Assembly: GCA_002269645.1 (NCBI GenBank)
Contig: NIVC01001472.1
Coordinates: 182,205-246,204 of the forward strand
Length of the DNA: 64,000 nt
DNA from: Macrostomum lignano
Lineage: Eukaryota
Direction: 5' to 3'
A program made the position numbers and the translations under genes. Numbering within the stretch: position 1 is the stretch's first letter; every line of letters begins with the position of its first letter. This document shows positions 12,801-25,447 of the stretch, piece by piece. Below the pieces are notes generated by a model. It made no database searches and was not told the DNA's origin. It saw only the letters and a list, made by a program, of their open reading frames with translations.

Positions 12801-13664
12801 TTTTGGATTCTAAAAAGGCAGTGTTCATACTGTTACCAAAAGGTGATTTTAAGCATGCCGAGATTCTGACTAAAATCTCAAGCGCAACTATCATACAGAG
12901 GCAGTTGAAACAAAGAACAAAAGTGTAGCAAAGCAGTTATAAATGCTCACTAACCAAATTATTCATCCGTTAATTTGGGCAGCCTAATTAATTATCGAGC
13001 TAGCCAGCCTGATTTCACTATACTACATTAGTTTAGCTACATTAATTGCAAAAATCTTTGTGACTTCAAAAGATTAATAAGGAGAGAAACAGTTTTTTCT
13101 ATTAACTCCCTGCCCCATTATGATGATGACAGAGGAGAGAGAGGATAGAGACGCTAGTAAAATCGTAAAAAACCGGATTTCACACAGGTGCGAACGCTCG
13201 ATCAGTGAAGCTGACCCTGTTGCGCCACGCCATAGTACGTTAGTAGTAATCAGATTGTGCGCAGCATGCAAGCGGCGAAGGAGAGGCGAGAGAGATAGCG
13301 AGGGCTGCAGGCACAACTGCGGGACAAGCCCCAGTCAATGCTTATATGCACCCCCTGATCTATGCGATAACAGTTGGGGCATTTTGCTTAACTATTAGTT
13401 GATGGCAATACTGGGCACAAAATAAGATCAGAAATGGAATTGGGATGTGAACAGTTCCGATGTGTTGGGGATCTTTAATACTCACCCAATACCTTGATTG
13501 ATCTCTAATGACTACTCTGATAGATAAGCATTAGCACTGTAGAGATTTAAGAGTCGAGAAAGGAAGGGAAGAAGTACTGACGAGGGTTTCCCATATTTCC
13601 CAATTCACTTTGCGCGATAGTATTTGAATTCATAATCCCAAAATTTATACAACTCGAACCTCAA

Positions 13665-13958
13665 CTACCGCATATCCCCAAACTGCATATCCCCAAACTG
13701 CATATCCCCGAACTGCATATCCTCAAACTGCATATTCCCAAACTGCATATTCTCGAACTGCATATTCCCAAACTGCATATTCTCAAAACTGCATATCCCC
13801 AAACTGCATATTCCCAAACTGCACATCCCCAAACTGCATATTCCCAAACTGCACATCCCCAAACAGCATATTCCCAAACTGCATATTCCCAAACTGCGTA
13901 TCCCCAAACTGCATATCCTCAAAACTGCACATCCCAAAACTGCATATTCCCAAACTGC
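13665..13958. repeat. 15-bp minisatellite (AAACTGCATATCCCC), ~19 copies
   Basis: Direct tandem periodicity. Confidence 0.93.
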
Positions 13959-14294
13959 AGGGTTTTTATGTCTTCAAGACCTTCAGCAGCTATTATAAGA
14001 CAGACAGAAAATCGCCCACAATCAGTAATCAGCTTATTGGTGCTAATAAAAAATTAATCTAATTGTTATCAAATATGATTGACAGGATATCAAACCAGCG
14101 GGTATCAATCACCATACCCGTCAATCACCGTCACAATAAACAATCATAAACAGCGGCAATGCAAAAATAAATGAAAAGAACACACAGAATGGACACAAAA
14201 TTCACTAGGTCAGGTAAGTGCAGTAGTTAACGGGTGAAACCAGATGAACTAGACTGCCAACCCCAATATCGGTAAGCGCAAAGCACCGACTCAC

Positions 14295-14376
14295 CAAATT
14301 GAGCTGTAGAATAGGACAGGCAGGTTAATCCGATCAGTGCTACTAGCGACACCCAGCAGCGACACATTGAAGCCAT
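14295..14376 (-). CDS. First coding exon (signal peptide MASMCRCWVSLVALIGLTCLSYSTAQF) of a CDON/BOC/ihog-like Ig-superfamily protein
   Basis: ATG, hydrophobic core, small-residue cleavage context (STA-Q), GTGAGT donor in phase 1 matching the acceptor at 7841. Confidence 0.8.
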
Positions 14377-14589
14377 CTTTGCAGCTAATACAATTAGCTC
14401 AATACTCGAACTTTGCTCAGTCGCAGTCTGGCCGAATATGATTTTTGTTAGTTAAATAATTGTTGTTTACTTGCAGCGACTGTAGCTTATCGCATGCCTT
14501 AAATATGGCAGCTGAAATTAAAATATGAAATACACAGGTGCATAATAGAACTTGACTCATTTAATTTATCCTAAACACGTGTTCGGAAT

Positions 14590-15110
14590 AAGGTTGATCC
14601 TCATTATACTTTAGGGTCATTAACATCATCATCATTTAGGGTCATTGACCTCATTATGCTTTAGGATCAACGACCTCATCATAATTTAGGGTAATTGACC
14701 TCATCATATTTAAGGGTCATTGACCTCATCATACTTTAGGGTAATTGACCTCATCATACTTTAGGGTCATTGACATCATATTTTAGGGTCATTGACCTCA
14801 TCACAATTTAGGATTATTGACCCCATCATACTCTAGGGTCATTGACCTCATCATATTTTAGGGTCATTGACCTCATCATACTTTAGGGTCATTGACCTCA
14901 TCATACTTTAGGGTCATTGACATCATATTTTAGGGTCATTGACCTCATCACAATTTAGGATTATTGACCCCATCATACTCTAGGGTCATTGACCTCATCA
15001 TATTTTAGGGTCATTGACTTCATCAAATTTAGGATTATTGACCTCATCATACTTTAGGGTCATTGACCTTAGCATACTTTAGGGTCTTTGACCTCATCAC
15101 ACTTTAGGTT
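14590..15110. repeat. 25-bp minisatellite (TTTAGGGTCATTGACCTCATCATAC), ~20 copies
   Basis: Direct tandem periodicity; each unit has the internal palindrome GGTCA-T-TGACC. Confidence 0.93.
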
Positions 15111-18100
15111 CGTTGGGTTATCATATAAGGATCATGAGGCTCATACTCTTACATTAGGATCATCATAAAACTAATACCCTATGGTCACGAGCCACCTTTA
15201 ATTTTACGTTTCATTTGACCTAAAAAATTCACCGATATTCGAACTCGAAAGTATTCTTAAACTAAAAACTTGATTAACTTTGATAAGTTTTACCGGTATT
15301 TCTGTAAGACAGCCCTGCAATTAATGGAAAAGAACGAAGTTTTCTCGCCAAAAAGATTAACTAACAGCATGCATTGTTCTGAAGCATGCAGATTTATAAA
15401 ATACCAATGTTAGATTAGATTAGAAAAAAATCTGCTTCCATTTCAATCTACCTGGAGGCGGTTACATAACTGACTGAACCAAACGCGCACAGAGCCAGTC
15501 AGAGTCAAAATATAGAAAGAAAAACAGTGAAATTGAAGTCAACCAGTAAAGGAAAGTTTCAGAATCGTGTTTCCCACCGGGTGACAACAGAAACACTTGG
15601 ACTAAGCGATTGGCTAAGCCAAGGAGAAAGGATATTGAATGAACTAAGGCTTATTTGGACACAAAGTGGGTAACTTAACCCGGCAGTTGCTCTCACAGTC
15701 TCGGGTCATCGGGTCAAGAACTTAACAAAACTATTATTCAACACACTGCGCGGGAATTGGCCTGATTCAACTCGGGATCAAGTCTATGCGGGAAGATATC
15801 GGGAGTACAGAGGCTACTTTCAGTCAGGAATCATTAACGATGCACCCCAACGTGGCCGAGAGCAAACAAGCAACTCAAGTCTGCTCTGATCTTCTGGGGG
15901 TTGGGGGCCATTTGCAAACATTGCCAAGGTCAATTGACTGCCCTTAACCCTCGCCATGTCCGCCCAAGCACGGACTCTCCCATAAGTGCGAACTGACTCC
16001 AGCTCGGGGTATTAGAGAAAAGCTATCAAGGCTATTCCTGTCCTCAGAACTGGAGAGATGCGACGTCGGTTAAGTGCCAAAGGAATGTGCTCATTGCTCA
16101 ATGCCGACTCGCCGAGGCCACTCTAGCCGTGCTTGATCAAGGGATATGTAAGGACAAATTAAACTAACGCCTTGTCGGCTCCTTCAAAAACCAACCAATT
16201 ATCGAGAGTCGAATTAGAAGTGGGCAATTTGTTTCTTGCACAAAATGACACTATACAGTAGTATTATGTTCCAAAGCCACTAAATGTACACAGAGGCTAG
16301 TAGACTATTGAGGGTAAAACCTTTATACTAGGAATATAGTTGCGAAGTCTTGTTACAGTATGTACATTGTATGGAGAATATTGGAATTTAATGTTCAAAT
16401 TTGAGGACATTTACGACCGATGAGATGTAACAGGTCAGATTTTCCGTAAAGTCTTTATTTGAAATCATAACAATCTTTTTGCTTTTTCGAAGCTTTGGAA
16501 ATTGCACATTTTACTTAGATTAAAGTCAAATAATTGACAGACAAGCGATCGACGAGTATATGGCCATATATTATACAGTATATAGTGCAGTCAGCCAATA
16601 TAACCACAATGAATAACTCGTCGAACCACTACTAAGTCTGACTAGCCTAGGGCTGGCCTGCAGGCCACGCAGTACTACCAAGAATAGAAAATCCCTTTTG
16701 CTAACTACTAAAATCAAATCCCAATTTCATAAATTCTCGGAAACCGGATCGATGTTAGCAGCTGGCCAGAGGAAGAATTACCCCCCCCCCCTACGGTGCA
16801 GCAATAACCAGCCCAGTTTGCCCGCTGTGTCTGATGCAGCACGGCTGGGGTCGACTGACGTGTCCGTTCTGCTGCCTATAAAGGCAATGGGTTCTGATAT
16901 ATAAGCCTGATGTTAGAATTTTGCACGCACGCAGTGGCAGCGACCACCCCTATGCCTCCGATACCAAATGCAAGCGCATGAGGGGCGGAAATGATGGTGC
17001 TGAGCGGATAGGCAGGAATGAATCGCTCTCCCCATCTCTGTCTCTCTCTTTGTCTGTCAGTTCACAGTCAGCGGGAATGGATTTTCAGTTTTTGACTCTT
17101 CAGACTTGTAATCGCATTCACACAAGAGCCAGCTAGCTACACACAGTACGCGACAGCAGAAGGCAATAAGCACCAGCAGCAGAAATTTCCAAATGGGTTT
17201 TTAAAGTTTAAACTTTGCATTCTGTAGAATCACAAATTTTTCGGCCAAAAAAGTGAAGAAGCCAAATTTGCTGGACAGGCCTCTATCCTTGGCCGGACAT
17301 TTTTGGCATGCTTGCAAATAGGACAGGAAAACGCTAGGACAGAATTCCCCTCCTGCCAAAGCCTGAAAATCATCGAGCCTTAACGCGGGAGGGGAGGGCA
17401 AGGGGGGGGGGGCTTAAACGCACTTCGTACAGTACGAAGCGTTGCATCTCCAGCAGGCTTAATACAACTAAGGCGATATTCTCCTCCGTTGCTAAGACTT
17501 ACTAAGACACAAGAAAGAAAGACAACAGCCGCGTTGCGTGACCAGGCAATAAACAAGAGAGAGGAGGAGAGCAAATTATAGTGCTTTTTGCATCTAGCCT
17601 AGCAATTAATTGGTGATTCGCTTTGAGGTCACCGCGGGTCAAAGGAAGACACTTTGCCATCATTCTAGATTAGTACGAGTATAATAGTTAAAAGTGCATT
17701 GATCATATTTCCCACCCGACTTTTATTAGGCCCAGCCAGCAAACTGATCAATTATTTAAACCGAGTATCGCCTGAACAGTATTGTCAAGAGTCGCCGCCA
17801 AAGACAAGGCACAATAAAAGTGCGCCGGGCAAGCCGCTGCTCATAAAAAGCAACACCGCAGCAAGCACAGTAAAGGCTAAGGAAAGAGCTGAAAGCAAGC
17901 AAACACACACGCAAACTCAAGGCGAGAGACTCCGGCATTAGAGAAAAAAGACTACAGCAGGGAATGGGAAATATCTATAGAATATTGATACATTACACAT
18001 TACTAAAGAGTGCATTTTATTGACCACAAGGAAACTAGCTGTAAACCCGCAGCGCATAAAGCATAGTCTTGTTTCTCATTGTCAGAAAGGAAAAGATTGA

Positions 18101-20815
18101 GAATAACATTATTAGGGCGATAATCAAAGAAGGCTAAACCGCGTATCTCCATTCCCTAATAGTGAATAAGTGAAAGATTAAGACGGCCAAGGTTTAGGCC
18201 AGAAATGTGGTCTAATACGCGCATGCACGCAGACGGACAGACAGACTGGAAAGTTAAGGTTAAGGGCAGCAGCGCGCAAGGCAATGCAAACACGGCGCGG
18301 GAGTTCTTTTCCTTTCGTTTCGTTTCGCCGGCTTTTTCTCTTCACCGACCGTGCACCAGCGCAACCCCCCCCCCCAGAGGCCTGGGTGCAGCTTAGTCAC
18401 ATTTCCAAAATTGTGCCCCCCCCCGTGCGTTCATCCACCCGCTGCTCCCGGCCGGGTGTGGGAATCGGGGAGGCTGAAGAACAACAGAGAGACTACTGCA
18501 GAGTGGGGAGACGAACAGGCTGGACTGACTGGAGACAAGATGGGGCGAAAAGCTGCGCATCTAAAGTAAAAGAAGAAGCTGGGCTCGCCGGGATTAGCAA
18601 CGCAAAATTCTGTCCCCCCCCTCCCCAATTTCCCTAGCCAGCAAAGTTGCCAGTTGCTGCGCCCTGTGCCGCGCATTAGCCAGATATGGATAACTGTAGG
18701 CATGGCCTAGAGGGTCAGGACAATTTTCCAGTGACGCTACAGCCAGATAAAAACACAAAAGTGCTGCACAGAGCGTAGCCATCGTGCACAAACTTTAAAG
18801 TGTTGCCAATGGCATTTGGGAAATGCCAACTATGGCCACCTGCTAAGATAGATGGGGAGCAGTTGCAGTTGGCTAATATTTGATGAAAAGGGTGAAAAAT
18901 GTAGTCTTAAAAATTGAAAAGCTTAAAAATGGCTGGGTGCCAAAATGAAGGTAAAAACATACATGACGAATTTTAGATATTCTATTTAATTTGAACCACG
19001 GTGTGCATGCTGAGCATTAATCCAATCTAATAATAACTTAATAATATTATCTCTAATCTTAATATTAGAGATAATAGTACACTTGTATTAGTATAGCAAT
19101 GCCAAGTCTAAAGGAGAACAAGCACACAGAGTGTGCCCAGTAGCAGGGTAAACAGCACTAAAAACCCAAATTTGAATCAACCACACTTCTGGAAATAGAT
19201 AAATAAAGTTTTAGCACACACACAGACAGGGAAATTAATCAAAAAATACAATAAACAGAAGTTCAAAATAAATTTAGCTTTTAAATATTAATTCCAAGAG
19301 TAATCCTAAATCACATAACTGCTATTGGCAACTGCAATAGCAGTAGCAACAACAGCAAACATTAAAAAATTAAATGACCTATAAATTTATTGGTATACTA
19401 ATATATCAAATATATGTCAATAATGCCTACCTATTTGACAAAATACTATTAAACATAAAAATTAACTTAAAATATTTAACAGTAAAATATTCTTTCCTTA
19501 AAGTTTTGAATTTAATTTAAGAAGGTTTTTTGAAATAGCAACTACTAACAAAAAGGTCTTTTAGTAGCCCAGCAATCTGCTTACAAAAAGTGCCACTAGT
19601 AGTATCCTAAAAGCAAACACCTATTTCTTACACTGGCACTGACCTTGTGAAGCATTCATTTGGTATATATATATATATATATATATAGTCTCCAAGAAAA
19701 AAACCTATAAATTAGTTGTAACATATTTTAAACCCTAAATAAGAGTGTTCTATTAGTATTATTAAGGAATAAAAAAGGAAGTTTAAAAAAAGACTTTTAT
19801 CCATTCTTAAATCCAAACATTTAGTACGTAGGAAAGGTAGATAAGATAAATAAATAGAAAAAATAGATTTGCATATTCCTTTTATCATAAAATTGCAATT
19901 AAAAAAATTATTATACAAAAGTTTTGCTTTTTAGAGCAAATAAATTTTGCTAGATACTTATCCATGAGAGAACTACTAAAGGGAATATTTTTATATGGAA
20001 TATTAGTTTGAGTATAACCAAGGGATGGCTACTTCCTCTTTTGGTAGACAAAAATGACCTAAAAGCATAACATGCAATATGGAAGCATGGAATAATAAAA
20101 TATCTCAGCTCATACATTTTAGAATTTTTTTAATATTGCATTTAGTATATTTAGATTGTGGTAAAGTTTAGACTTGGCATTAATTGAAACAATTATTAGC
20201 CTATATACTTATGTATCCTGATCTATATACTCATGTATGCAATCAATGCATTGACCAGTCCCTAACTGTGAAGAAATTCTAGTGCCAGTTTATGTTAGGC
20301 TGAAAGAAATCAGTAACAATGAAGATAAACTTGGGTGATAAAGGAGCTAGTGATAACATCTATTTGCCTACTAACAAGAGCACTGCACCTTAGTTTTTCT
20401 TTCAAAGTGAATTGAACAACTTGGTCCATGACTTGTATTTACTCAAGAAAGCTAGTGAGCTGTTTCCTTCTAGGCTGAACTCAAAGCATCTTCTTTTTAA
20501 AGGGCCTGCTTGAGTAACACCATTTTGCATTAGGCAGGATGCAGTTATGAATTATTTTGTGCAATCTGAGAAGAACCTTGTGCATTATATACATATGCCT
20601 GGGCTATTAAATGAGATTAATACAGAAGCATAACACTGGACTGGCAGCTTTCCACATTGAATCTGCTATACCTACATGTACACAACAGCAATTTTTATCT
20701 ATCAAAACCTCTGGACCATTTGTTAACACCGAAGGCCCATTTGATGACACTGAAGGAACAATAATTCCATCAAGATGTTCTGCTAAAATAGCCTACTGTG
20801 GTCACGAATGGGTTA

Positions 20816-22125
20816 CGAGGGTCACTCAGAAAGTCTTTAGCCTGAGTAGGATCCACGAGACGTAGAAGCATGAAATTTGTCTATGGTAAAGACCAACTTT
20901 TAAAAGTATCACAGCAAAAATTTCAAACAGAAGCAGCCACTTTTGAGTCCACTGCAGCGAGTTAAAGTCAGTTCACCCCCTGAGTTCTTCAATTCAACAA
21001 TGAAGCTGGAAAATCGCGACTTCAGAGCAATGTTGTACCTGCACTTCAAGCAAGGCAAGTCGCCGGCCGAATCGTATCAAACTTTACAGAACGTTTTCAC
21101 CCATGTATGTCCTTCATACGCAACCGTCAAAAACTGGTTTGCTGAGTTTCGCCGAGGTCGAGAAAGCCTCGAAGATGAACATCGATCCGGGAGACCCTGT
21201 GACGCAGTGACTCCACAAAATATCTGCGCTGTGTCCAGCATGATTGCCGCTGACCGGCGAGTGACCTACCAGCAGATCCAGCAGGAGATCGGTATTGGAT
21301 CGGGGAGTGTGCACGCCATTATGCACGAACACCTTGGAGTGCGGAAGCTGGCTTCCCAGTGGATCCCCCATCAGCTGTCGGACGTGCAGAAGGACACCAG
21401 GGTGGCTTGGTGCCGATTCATGCTGCAGAAATTCGAATCCGGGACCAGCCGGCGTATCTGGGACATCCTCACGGGCGATGAGACCTGGATTTATCAATAC
21501 GACCCCGAAAGCAAGCGCCAGTCAGCCATGTGGACCTTTGGAGACGAGGACAGCCCCACAAAGTTTCGACGCAGCCGGAGTGTCGGCAAGCAGATGGTGG
21601 CCTGTTTCTTCATGCGCACTGGGCATGTGGCTTCCGTTTCACTTGAAGATCGCCAGACAGTCACCGCTGACTGGTACACAACGGTTTGCCTGCCCAAGGT
21701 CTTTTCTGCTGTGAGCCAGAGGCGCCCAAGGTGCGGAATGCGTGGGGTGCTTCTGCACCACGACAACGCCAGCGCGCACACGGCGGCTCAAACTCTGGAG
21801 TTTCTGGCTGACTGTGGGGTCCAGCTGATGACTCACCCTGCTTACAGTCCAGACCTGGCACCGTGCGACTTTTTTCTGTTTCCGAAGTGCAAGGAGATTC
21901 TGAAGGGCCAGGTCTTTTCTTCACCGGAAGAAGCTGTGAATGAGTTTAAAAACATCATCGAGGAGCTCCGGGATGAGGATTGGCGGCAGTGCTTCGACAG
22001 CTGGTTTCACAGGATGCAAGCCTGTATCAATGCCGGTGGAGAGTATTTTGAGCACTTGTAGTCGTTTTTTAGTTCATTTGTTGCTGTTTTCGTGTTCAAG
22101 CTAAGAACTTTCTGAGTGACCCTCG
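20816..22125 (+). mobile_element. Full-length mariner (DD34D) DNA transposon, 1310 bp
   Basis: TA duplications at 20814-15 and 22126-27; 30-bp TIRs CGAGGGTCACTCAGAAAGT... (first 19 bp perfect, 3 mismatches overall); intact transposase ORF. Confidence 0.97.
21000..22061 (+). CDS. Mariner transposase, 353 aa
   Basis: ATG at 21000; motifs WIPHQL, GDETW, HHDNA, YSPDLAPCD; 34 residues between the 2nd and 3rd Asp; no stops or frameshifts. Confidence 0.96.
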   Translation: MKLENRDFRAMLYLHFKQGKSPAESYQTLQNVFTHVCPSYATVKNWFAEFRRGRESLEDEHRSGRPCDAVTPQNICAVSSMIAADRRVTYQQIQQEIGIGSGSVHAIMHEHLGVRKLASQWIPHQLSDVQKDTRVAWCRFMLQKFESGTSRRIWDILTGDETWIYQYDPESKRQSAMWTFGDEDSPTKFRRSRSVGKQMVACFFMRTGHVASVSLEDRQTVTADWYTTVCLPKVFSAVSQRRPRCGMRGVLLHHDNASAHTAAQTLEFLADCGVQLMTHPAYSPDLAPCDFFLFPKCKEILKGQVFSSPEEAVNEFKNIIEELRDEDWRQCFDSWFHRMQACINAGGEYFEHL

Positions 22126-23896
22126 TATATACATAGATTTAAAGATAGTTCATGTTTCACTGGGCTTACAATCAGGCTAAGCAAATATCCTCAAGTGCTT
22201 TTTGTGGAGTTGAGCAAAAGACAGACAATCAGTGAGAGTGTCTATAGCCTTGCAGAGCATGTTATCTATGAGCCATTGGTTGATTGCAACAAGACATCAA
22301 TCCATTTCCAATGTTAGCAATAGAAGCAAAATACAAAGGCAGTAAAAAATCTTCCCACTCCAATGGGGACATGTCCCTAGTGTCCCCCTGGCTATGCCTG
22401 GCTACATTGTATGTATTTAATGAATAATAATATTAACATTGATAGATAGAATAATATAAATAAGCCTACTAGATACAAACTGGGTTTATGTTGAATCTGG
22501 ATAGAACTTGTTATTTAGAAAGTATAGATCTTAAGTCTTGAAAATCTCAAAAATTTGATATTATCAGACCCTTAGCTAAGACCTATAGTACTAAGTATAG
22601 GCTTTGCACATTGTATATTAAAAATTAGATCACTATCTTAAATTATCTTAATTATATTAGTCATATATTCATAGGCTTATAATATAAATAGATAGACAAT
22701 AGAAAATACAATAGCTTCCAACCAAAAAATCTTTGCAAACTCTTTATTTATACTATACACATAGAAAATGATTGCTTAAGACCATGTTATTTATTATATA
22801 TTAGATGTAGATCTAGAAAATATTGAATGGGGATACAAAGTATTAAAGGTACTTATTAAAATATATTTTCCATAACCCCTATTAGGATAGAATCACCAAA
22901 ACCTTTAGATGCCATATAGAGGTACTTGAAAGGACCATGCCTACATAGCCCTATTGGAATAAGTGGCTTGGACACTCCTATGCAAAAGAAAAAAAGAGTT
23001 GTTACTTATGTGCCATAGTTCCATAGGCCAAAAAGTGGCCTTTACACAGGAAAATTCCAGCATATTTTTGCTCTCGCTGACAATCTTGTATACATTTGGC
23101 ATATAGAATTTTCAGGTTCAACATGAATTGTACATAGTTGGCATACAAAAATAGCCAAGTTCAAGGCTAATATAATCATGTAATTAAATATCAACCAACA
23201 AAAGCTCCTTTAAAAATAATCGGAAACTAGAACAAAAAATATTAACGCAATCTATAGGAAAAAACAAAATAAAAAAAAGAATATTAGTTCTTAGCAAAAA
23301 ATAGCCATGTTAAAGTTTAGTAAAACATTTTTCTCAAAATATATATTCTTAAAAAATTGACATAAAAACATTTTTGAGCTCAGCATAAATTTTTTTTAAA
23401 TACTACATTGGCATAAAATTGAAAAAACATGAATTTTCATTCTGGCATATGCCTGCCATGATCTGGACAATGGCCATAGTTTAGGCCAGATGTATGCCGG
23501 GATTTCCTGGTATACAACAAGGGTCTTATCATTTTTTAGCATAGGCTACATCAGGATGTATTCTGGCATATATGAAACAAGAGATATATTGTGTCAAATG
23601 ACAAATTTTTTGTATTGGCACATAAACCCGGCATACAAATGAGGTTATATCATTTTTTTCTAGTATTAAACTTGGCATATATTAATGGCAGTTGTTATTT
23701 GTCCAGTGACCGGACAAATAGCCTTTTTGATATTTGTCCGGTTAAATTGCTAACACAAATATCTTATTTGTTTTGTAATGAATATTCTAGATTTTTAAGA
23801 CCTTTTCTTGTATACTGATTAATATTTTCTTGTATTATTTGAGTGTAAGCAGCAAAGCAGTGTATTCAATTTGGCATAATTTGGTGTATAAGACAC

Positions 23897-24486
23897 GGTG
23901 TAAGACCAAGATAGCCACACACCAAGATGGCCACAACATTGAATATTTATTATATCTACTCTCTTTTTCTATCTATCATTAATTAGCAATAATATATAAT
24001 ATATTAAATTATTTTTCTTTAATCAATTATATTTATAAACTAATACAATAATAGATTTGAAACTAATTAGGCCTACTTTTAATACAAAACCTTTAATCTT
24101 TTTTAGTGTTTGTGCCAATTTATTCTGTCATCACATCTATCAAATCTATCACAATCTGTTTATTAAGAAACTATTGCTAATAATGGTAATGCTAGCTATG
24201 CAAATAATTAGGATAAATATTTAAATGTCATAGCCATAGGGTATTTATTTTGTGCTAGGTTACTTGCTTCATATAGTGGATAAATAGATAGGCCTCTATA
24301 GGTCAGGCTACAATAAAAGCTAGGCCTAAGTCCAAAGGGAATGATTATATTTATAATACAATTCTATTATAACTATTTTCTTTATTACTAAAAAAGAGTT
24401 AAATATATGTACCCAGTCTTATTATTATCTATTTAGACACTCAGAGCTATGGCCATCTTGGTATGTGGCTATCTTGGTCATGTGCC
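23897..24486. mobile_element. 590-bp MITE nested in the MULE-like element (GG...CC ends, 8-bp TSD; Merlin- or MULE-like)
   Basis: Imperfect TIR containing GACCAAGATAGCCACA-ACCAAGATGGCCA; TSD TAAGACAC at 23889-96 and 24487-94. Confidence 0.75.
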
Positions 24487-24770
24487 TAAGACACATATTA
24501 GTATAACAATATAATAATCAAGACACAAGTAAGAAGTCTTTGAAGTCTAGGAATATTTACCCTTGTGGTTTTTATAAACTAGATATTTTAGCATTATCAA
24601 TTTAACTGGACAAATAACAAAATGTCCATTTGTCTAGTATTAACCGGATGAATAGGAAAGCCCTATTGCAGCGCATGGCTTAAGTACGCCAGACGCCTAC
24701 ACAACCTGCGCCACGCTGTGAAATGACTTACCTGTGAAAGAAACCCTAAAGCAAAATTAACGCAGTTTTA

Positions 24771-24833
24771 GGTAAACGGCAGAAGTAACTATGACTGTCT
24801 TATCAAGCCTAAATGCCTCGGCATCTAATTAGT
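24771..24833 (+). rRNA. Degenerate ~63-nt 28S rRNA fragment (helix 69-71 region); not a gene
   Basis: GGTAAACGGCAGAAGTAACTATGACTGTCTTATCAAGCCTAAATGCCTCGGCATCTAATTAGT vs recalled eukaryotic LSU GGTAAACGGCGGGAGTAACTATGACTCTCTTAAGGTAGCCAAATGCCTCGTCATCTAATTAGT. Confidence 0.85.
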
Positions 24834-25068
24834 ACCGCGCCGCGCCGTACTAATCGCCGCGCGCCGTACGCGCCGCGCCGCGCCGTATTAGATCCGCGCC
24901 GGACGCCGTCCGCCAAAATGCCCATGCGCTGCAATCAGGTAGGAAAGCATGGTCAGGATCCAGTAACCAGACAAATAACCACATTGCTATTCATCCGGTC
25001 ACTGGACAAATAACAACTGCCTATATTAATACACAATCCAAACTATGGCTTATATGTAGGTGCAACTA

Positions 25069-25131
25069 GATAAATAGTAAGAATAACTATGACTATTTTA
25101 TTAAGGCTAAATGCTTTATCATCTAATTAGT
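25069..25131 (+). rRNA. More degenerate copy of the same 28S fragment
   Basis: Retains TAACTATGACT, GCTAAATGC and TCATCTAATTAGT at the same spacing. Confidence 0.65.
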
Positions 25132-25447
25132 CCATATACTAAAACTTTACTACCTCTATATTCTTTTTGGTAAGCATTTTTGCAACTTATCCCTAGTTTA
25201 CCACAATTTACAGTGGCCAAATTAGCCAGGTTGGCTACATACATGCGCAACTGCTGGCCGACCTGGCCGATCCGGCCACCGTAAATCGTGGCTGACCAGG
25301 GGTAAGTCGCAAAATTGAGTCAACCAAAAACAGAAAAACACAAGAACCAAGAAAGGCAAGAGGAAAGCGAAAAAAGAGCAGTTCAGGGAAAATGGTGAAG
25401 CAAAAGAAAAACAATTCGCAAAAGAAGCAAACTAAGTTGTAAAAATA

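Larger units (their letters stand above)
23687..25021. mobile_element. Non-autonomous MULE/Mutator-like element, 1335 bp
   Basis: 28-bp perfect TIR GGCAGTTGTTATTTGTCCAGTGACCGGA; 9-bp TSD TATATTAAT (23678-86, 25022-30). Confidence 0.85.

Noticed and set aside
8-13937. Repetitive ORFs over arrays (e.g. 4308-5288, 9936-11082, 11839-12928; likewise 41380-46616 and 53194-53935)
   Set aside because: Translations of minisatellites, open in several frames at once, with no domain motifs or splice support
14590-15110. Interstitial telomeric repeat
   Set aside because: TTAGGG occurs once per 25-bp unit and never as tandem hexamers
18594-18791. Signal-peptide-like ORF (MATLCAALLCFYLAVASLENCP...)
   Set aside because: No convincing donor site, no downstream exon and no recognisable family; may be chance
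21114-21924. Alternative-frame and antisense ORFs inside the mariner
   Set aside because: Shadows of the GC-rich transposase ORF
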